Source of the DNA: Candidatus Altimarinota bacterium
GTDB lineage: Bacteria; Patescibacteriota; Gracilibacteria; UBA4473
Reading direction: 5' to 3'
NCBI GenBank assembly: GCA_965231215.1
Contig: OZ246423.1
Location: 96,001 to 160,000, forward strand
DNA length: 64,000 nt
The notes below the pieces were generated by a model. It searched no databases, was not told the origin of the DNA, and saw nothing but the letters and a program-made list of their open reading frames with translations. The position numbers and the translations under genes were made by a program. Positions 58,339-64,000 of the stretch are shown here, piece after piece; position 1 is the first letter of the stretch, and every line of letters starts with the position of its first letter.

Positions 58339-60405
58339 ATGCGAAAAATTTTTGAATTTATTTTGTTTGTTATAGGAATTTTGGTGGGATTCTTCCTTGG
58401 ATCGCATCAAAAAGGGAAACCTTCACTCAAACCTCTCCCTGCAGGTTTTAGTCTACAAAAAATCAGCAAACCGCGTACCAATATTTGGAACTTTTTCCGC
58501 CAAAATCCTACCACTATAGGCCTTATCACCTTAGCGGGGATGATGCTTTTTGCGGGAGATTATTTGGACAAATACAGCTTCCTTTTCAAAGCCAGCCTAT
58601 TAAACCTCCCCGAAACTGAATTTACAGGAACTACTACGCCTGTAACTCACGTTCCTAAATGGACAGAGCTCACCGCCGAAGAAAGAATGAAGCCCTTTGA
58701 TCAAATTCCAAAATCAAAAATTATACCTCTTCCTGAATACAACCTCCTCGCTATGAGGAACGGAAAAGAATGGAAACCTGACAACGAAGTAGAACGAAAT
58801 ACGTATGTCACTTACCCCGTACCGAATCTAGGAAATTATCGCCTAGACGGAACTGAAAACAGCGGCTCTCATCCAGGAATCGATATCAAAATTCCTATTG
58901 GAACCCCTATTCACTCAGTGGCTAACGGCATTGTGTACAAAGTCGGAAACCTTTCCACTGGTTTTGGGAAATCTGTATCAGTAGCACATATCAACATCCC
59001 AGACCCTCGAAATTCAAGTCAAAAAGTAACTCTTGTTTCTACCTATGCTCATCTGTCAAAAACAGAAGTTAAAGAAGGGGACGCTGTACAAAAAGGACAA
59101 AGAATAGGCCTTTCTGGAGACACTGGATTTGCTACCACTCCACATCTACACTTTCAAATTGATCGATCTGATGCTCCATTCATCCCCTACTGGCCCTTTA
59201 GTTGGAACGAGGTTCAAAATGCTGGATATAGCTCATTTTTTGACGCTGTAAAAAACGGACTCGGAAAACACAAAGCCGTTAAATACACTGAACACCCCAT
59301 AAATTTTATTGCTAAATATCAAAACTACATTGATGAAAAAAATCTCGTAGTACTCGACAGCAGCAAAGTTCCTGAAACTCGAGAAGACAACCGAATCATC
59401 AAAGAAGAGACGCCAAAATCAAGCGCTCCCAAACCAACTAATCCAAATAATGTTGAGTTAGTGGAAGTCGCGCCAGATTTTTCGGAAGCTTCACCCCAAG
59501 CCCCTGAAAGTCAAAACACCACCAATCCAACTCAGGTAGAAATTGTACCTGAAGCCCAGGTAGAAAATCGCCAAATCCGTAAGCGAGGCCAGCTCACTAT
59601 CGAGTTTGATACAGATAAAAGTTATGTCCCAGGTGAGAAAAAAATAGTAAAAATCAAAGTAAATGAAGCCGCACTAGTCGCAAGTGCAGGCATTGAACTC
59701 TCTTCAACCTTGAAAAACCGCGCCTGGATAACCCCAAACACTTTAAATTCTGATGACTTTATAAATGGAGCAGCCGAAGTAGTGGTAGAAACTCAGAGCG
59801 AATACCCATTCCGAATTATTGCTGAAGGTGATTTTGGGACAGTAAAATCAGACCGCCTTCGTCCAGAGATCTTCGCCGACGTCTCAGGAAATCATACCTA
59901 CAGTGAAGCTATTAAATTTCTAAAAGAAAATAAAGTCGTACAAGGCTACGGTGATGGAACCTTCAAACCAGACAACACCCTCAACCGAGCTGAAGCCCTC
60001 AAACTCATCCTTGAGGCCAATGAAATCCAAACTTCAGAACAAGAACACCCTTTCCCGGATATAGAGAAAGGCACTTGGTTTATGAAATATGTGAGTACCG
60101 CCTTCAAAAGATCAATCGTAAAAGGCTACGGTGACGGAAATTTCAAACCAGGCAACACTGTTAGCCGAGCTGAGTTTATAAAAATGGCTATCGCCACACG
60201 TGGTTTTGAGCCAACAACAGACTTTACCAGCGATCCTTACGATGACGTAAAAAAAGATCTTTGGTATGCCAAATACTTCCACTTTGCTAAAACCCATAGC
60301 CTTCTCCGGCTTAAAAAAGGCGGATTTATGGTACCAAATAATCCTATTACTAGAGGAGAAGCCGCTGATGTGATCTACAAATTATCTAAAATTAACAAAC
60401 GTTAA
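58339..60405 (+). CDS. M23 peptidase with three C-terminal SLH domains
   Basis: HPGID, YAHL, TPHLHFQ; GY.DG.FKP...NRAE/SRAE/TRGE SLH repeats; two N-terminal hydrophobic segments; likely start ATG 58339. Confidence 0.92.
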   Translation: MRKIFEFILFVIGILVGFFLGSHQKGKPSLKPLPAGFSLQKISKPRTNIWNFFRQNPTTIGLITLAGMMLFAGDYLDKYSFLFKASLLNLPETEFTGTTTPVTHVPKWTELTAEERMKPFDQIPKSKIIPLPEYNLLAMRNGKEWKPDNEVERNTYVTYPVPNLGNYRLDGTENSGSHPGIDIKIPIGTPIHSVANGIVYKVGNLSTGFGKSVSVAHINIPDPRNSSQKVTLVSTYAHLSKTEVKEGDAVQKGQRIGLSGDTGFATTPHLHFQIDRSDAPFIPYWPFSWNEVQNAGYSSFFDAVKNGLGKHKAVKYTEHPINFIAKYQNYIDEKNLVVLDSSKVPETREDNRIIKEETPKSSAPKPTNPNNVELVEVAPDFSEASPQAPESQNTTNPTQVEIVPEAQVENRQIRKRGQLTIEFDTDKSYVPGEKKIVKIKVNEAALVASAGIELSSTLKNRAWITPNTLNSDDFINGAAEVVVETQSEYPFRIIAEGDFGTVKSDRLRPEIFADVSGNHTYSEAIKFLKENKVVQGYGDGTFKPDNTLNRAEALKLILEANEIQTSEQEHPFPDIEKGTWFMKYVSTAFKRSIVKGYGDGNFKPGNTVSRAEFIKMAIATRGFEPTTDFTSDPYDDVKKDLWYAKYFHFAKTHSLLRLKKGGFMVPNNPITRGEAADVIYKLSKINKR

Positions 60406-60529
60406 TAGGCATTCTGATGCTTCGATTGTTTATGTAAAATTATTTGCCTCACAATGACATAAATTTAGTTTTAAAAATTTATAAAAAAATAATTTGCAAA
60501 AAAAGCAAATTTTGGTAAAAAAATCCTAG

Positions 60530-61432
60530 ATGAAATCATTTTTTCTAGGTTTATTTTTTCTTTCCAGTATCGCTATTACGGGTCTCCAGGCACAAAACCT
60601 GGAATACGAAGTCATTCGCACCCATGAAGCCCCTGGGTTTTTTGCCGTTCGAGTTTTCCCAGGAGAAGGCCTCAAGCCCCTCTCAATTGAAAATGTATTC
60701 GTTGAAAACTTTCACAGCAAACGTGACAGAAAAAAATATTCCCCACTCCTCAAAACACTTAAAGAAAGTGGGGCTATTGTAGTACCCAGCAAAGAAGGTC
60801 TAGACTACACTAACAAATCAGAATTCCGAATCGTACTAATCGGAGGCCCAAAACAAAATCAATTTTTACAATTTCGATTACTAAAAGGACAACCTCTGGA
60901 TGAAGCGTTCAAAACCTTTAACGCAGAAAACCTTGGCGCCGTTTACCTGCTCAACCTAAAACCTCATTTTGGTGGAAATATTTCAGATGTTCTTCCTGAA
61001 GAAATCCCCTATTTAGGTGAACGATCTGGCTACTTTATCGGAAAATTTGATAAAGAACAAAAAACCAAAATGCACCTTACCGGCACCCATGATGAATTTG
61101 ATCTAGAAGCCGACACTGCCTTAAACTTGGAAAAATACAATCCACATGAAGCCGTCCTGGCCCTGCCATTCATTTGGGAAAAATTAAAATTCCCCAAAAC
61201 CATGGACGAGGCCAAATCCAGCCCCTGGGTTATTGGCGCCTTTCCATTTTTATTAGTCATTATCGGACTAGGGTTTATTGCGTATTCCATATTTGGATTC
61301 CGAAAGCAAAAACAAACCACTAACACAGATCTGATTGATGACAAGTTTTGGCACACCCCCATTGAAGAAACTCCACTCTACAAAAACTGGGAAAAAGACC
61401 TACCCTTTGAAATAGAAAGTGAAAAACACTAA
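60530..61432 (+). CDS. Secreted protein with a C-terminal membrane anchor
   Basis: Signal peptide; C-terminal TM followed by RKQK. Confidence 0.75.
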   Translation: MKSFFLGLFFLSSIAITGLQAQNLEYEVIRTHEAPGFFAVRVFPGEGLKPLSIENVFVENFHSKRDRKKYSPLLKTLKESGAIVVPSKEGLDYTNKSEFRIVLIGGPKQNQFLQFRLLKGQPLDEAFKTFNAENLGAVYLLNLKPHFGGNISDVLPEEIPYLGERSGYFIGKFDKEQKTKMHLTGTHDEFDLEADTALNLEKYNPHEAVLALPFIWEKLKFPKTMDEAKSSPWVIGAFPFLLVIIGLGFIAYSIFGFRKQKQTTNTDLIDDKFWHTPIEETPLYKNWEKDLPFEIESEKH

Positions 61433-61588
61433 GGTCTTTTATTCAGAAAGCTTCTGTTACCGACACCTGTGTCATCATCTTTTGCACCCTCAAAACATCC
61501 TTTGAAAATCTGCTTAAACGGGAATACTTTCATTTTTAGCAAACCGCTCAAACTCAGGCAAACCCACACAATCTTGGAACCCTCGGCC

Positions 61589-61870
61589 TCATTCGGCGAT
61601 AGTTTCTTCAACTAATGAGAAATAGCCGCGCATATGCAAAACTACAGGAGATTGAGATGGTAATTTTTTCAACCTAGCGGCCATTAATTCGGCGATAACT
61701 TTGGGGGATACCTTTTCAGCTACTAACGCATTAAAAATTCTAACGACTTCAATTATCTGTGAATCTTTAAGTTTTGAGGGATCAATTTGAGCCATGTCAT
61801 GCTCCATTTCAAAACCATCTACCCCTCCATACGTTCCTACTTCCTTAACATTCGGATTTGAATCATTCAT
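61589..61870 (-). CDS. Hypothetical protein (93 aa)
   Basis: Protein-like composition with an AT-rich upstream region; TGA stop. Confidence 0.55.
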   Translation of the reverse strand: MNDSNPNVKEVGTYGGVDGFEMEHDMAQIDPSKLKDSQIIEVVRIFNALVAEKVSPKVIAELMAARLKKLPSQSPVVLHMRGYFSLVEETIAE

Positions 61871-62077
61871 AAATATAACAAATAAGTAACAAAGAAATGC
61901 TATCTATAACAAAACCCAAAGTCAAAAAAATTTACTAAAAATAAGCATAAAAATATTTTAATTTATTTTTTAAACAAAAATAATCTTTTCAGTTTGACTA
62001 AAAAGTAAAAAAACAAAGAATAAAGGCAATTATAAATGGCAACAAAATATTCATTAACAAATATTTTCATCTTTTAA

Positions 62078-63811
62078 ATGCCTAACACCCCAACTGAAAC
62101 TCTGCCAGTCCCACACACATTACCTGGAATTTTTGATCCGGAAACTGGCCTTGAGTACCAGGAATTATCTGATCCAACAAGAGGCTCCGTTAATGCATGC
62201 ATCGGAGCCTCTAGCGTTTTAGACCAAACAGCATGGGTAACACCCAAAGAACTCTCATCTCTGAAGAAAACAATGGAAGACTCTAGGGCCTGGCAAACCA
62301 ATCCTACTGACAAATATGGAGCCGCTCATATTTTCTCAAAAACTACAGGAGGGAAAAAAAGAACTGTCACCTTTGTAGCAGAAGATGACCCTAAGGTAAG
62401 CCCCCAAATAACAATAGAGGAATCCAAGATCAAAGAAAGCATCGGTGGCGGTGCCCAAAATGGAATGATGGATGCTGCAGTCATAAAAAAGGCTCTTAAA
62501 GCTTTATTTGGACTAACTAATATCCCAAGAGACACCCTCACCTTTAGTGCTCCGATCAAAATCCGAGAAGAAGTTATCAAAAGGGTTACCAACGTAGGGC
62601 TTCCTGAACTTACCGTAAATGCCCAAGATGGAACTATCAGAGAAACATATGCTCTTAATGACGGAACAGATAAAATAACCATCTCCACCCAATCTGGGAA
62701 CCTAGCAGAAGGTGAAGATCTACCACCAATAGATCCAAAAACTGGATATATTCTTTTCAACAACGAAGTTAGCCCTAGAGTTTTTCAAGACATGATAAAA
62801 CATGCCAGACAAAATCCAGCAACGCCACAGAATTTTATCTGGGCAGTTGGCAGCAATCAACTCAACCAAGATCCTAATAACTTTGATGTTTTTCTTCAAA
62901 AGTGCAATACAGTAATCCTAAATCTAGACGAGGCTGTAAAATGGATACTCAACCATTCAGATCCTGCGTTTTCACAAGACAAGGCCTTACTCGATCTATT
63001 AGAAGACATTCCAGAGGGAGACTCCAAAAAAGCGGCAAAACTTTATGATAAGGCTAATAAAGCTCTAGAAGTTTTAGCTCAAGGATTAACTAGGATAGGG
63101 CTCAATACCCCTCAGAAAAAAACTCTACCCATAAACAAAAAACGAATCCCTTCACCTCCTAAAGAACCAAAATCAGGGAAACCCAGAAGCGAACAAATCA
63201 CTAAGGCGTGGTCAGATTACAAAGTAGAATTAGATGAATATAAAAAAAGAAGAACCACTATAGCCCAAAGAATTGCTGACATTATCCATAGTATGGGGCT
63301 GGAGCTTGGAACGGTTTATATTACTGATGGTGGAAATCCAACCATCTCTAGTAGGAGATATAACAGCAAAAAAAGAAAAGAACCAAGAAAAAAACAGCTC
63401 TATATCCCTCCACTAAGTGACAACGAAACTGAAAAGATAAAAAACATAATTAGACAATTCACAGAGAGTGAACCTGCAGAATACACTATCGGATGTGGAG
63501 ACTCTGTAGCTGGAACTATTTTGGCATTAAAACAAATGACAGGCGATCAGGCTCTCCCAAGCACCATTAATATTGTAGCTAACTACATTAGCTGTCTTAT
63601 CCGTTGGATGCCCTATCCAAATCTCTTAGAAATTGAAGCAGTCTACCCAGGGATGACTCAAGAAGTGATCAAAATCGCTCTTCAAGATTTAGACAAAAAT
63701 GATAAAAATACATTTGAACAACGAAAACTAGAGCCTATTCCACCAGAAGCCAAAGGCAGAAAAATTTCTCCATTCATGAGAATGATCCAAGCCCATAAAA
63801 GCCCATCTTAG
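62078..63811 (+). CDS. Enlarged, divergent PfkB/ribokinase-family kinase
   Basis: GGGAQN, LNLDEA, ITDG, YTIGCGDSVAG. Confidence 0.7.
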   Translation: MPNTPTETLPVPHTLPGIFDPETGLEYQELSDPTRGSVNACIGASSVLDQTAWVTPKELSSLKKTMEDSRAWQTNPTDKYGAAHIFSKTTGGKKRTVTFVAEDDPKVSPQITIEESKIKESIGGGAQNGMMDAAVIKKALKALFGLTNIPRDTLTFSAPIKIREEVIKRVTNVGLPELTVNAQDGTIRETYALNDGTDKITISTQSGNLAEGEDLPPIDPKTGYILFNNEVSPRVFQDMIKHARQNPATPQNFIWAVGSNQLNQDPNNFDVFLQKCNTVILNLDEAVKWILNHSDPAFSQDKALLDLLEDIPEGDSKKAAKLYDKANKALEVLAQGLTRIGLNTPQKKTLPINKKRIPSPPKEPKSGKPRSEQITKAWSDYKVELDEYKKRRTTIAQRIADIIHSMGLELGTVYITDGGNPTISSRRYNSKKRKEPRKKQLYIPPLSDNETEKIKNIIRQFTESEPAEYTIGCGDSVAGTILALKQMTGDQALPSTINIVANYISCLIRWMPYPNLLEIEAVYPGMTQEVIKIALQDLDKNDKNTFEQRKLEPIPPEAKGRKISPFMRMIQAHKSPS

Positions 63812-63833
63812 TGAAAATTATATACATCAAAAA

Positions 63834-64000
63834 TCACTCCCAAACCCCCAATTCAGCTTCTTTGGCCTTATTTTCGTACTCACGAAATTCTGATTTCCGC
63901 TCAAACGGAAAACCAAAATAGCCTCGTGCCAGACCAGATTTTATCATTTCAGCATTTAGATCTTGCCCTTCTTGAGTAAAAACATAAGCAAGCTTTCTTC
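63834..64000 (-). CDS. Thermonuclease (SNase) family protein, C-terminal end
   Basis: Manual translation RKLAYVF...LNAEMIKSGLA...ENKAKEAELGVWE*TGA. Confidence 0.85.
   Translation of the reverse strand, partial: RKLAYVFTQEGQDLNAEMIKSGLARGYFGFPFERKSEFREYENKAKEAELGVWE

Overview
A gene-dense, AT-rich bacterial chromosome segment that reads like a Patescibacteria (CPR) genome, most plausibly a non-recoded Gracilibacteria/Peregrinibacteria-like lineage. The taxonomy is an inference. Code 11 is supported: TGA acts as stop and CGA falls at conserved Arg positions. Housekeeping genes are ligA, secD/secF, ung, pyrG, ruvB, ylxR, rpsA, nth, tsf, rpsB, truB, rpsF, rpsR, purD, ftsW, murG, dnaX, secE-nusG-rplK-rplA and dnaK (with a CIRCE operator). 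There is a type IV pilus cluster (PilN-like, PilO-like, pilB, pilC) plus a distant pilin, several envelope/surface proteins (two M23 peptidases, one with SLH domains; an Ig-repeat protein; LemA), tRNA-Arg(UCG) with a Fic islet, and several large proteins without signal peptides. The most unusual observations are: (1) a pore-less voltage-sensor domain fused to a bacterial PH domain; (2) a PilC lacking its N-terminal domain, while a separate membrane protein carries two copies of it; (3) two tandem paralogous single-pass mini-proteins, one missed by the ORF track, whose post-TM motif recurs in the M23-SLH protein; (4) SecD with an inserted parvulin domain; (5) an in-frame palindromic element inside murG; (6) a shared amphipathic motif in two giant neighbouring proteins; (7) an Lgt homologue with charge-swapped catalytic residues; (8) tRNA 3'-end repeats bounding gene cassettes. 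All family calls come from motif recognition by eye; no searches were run.
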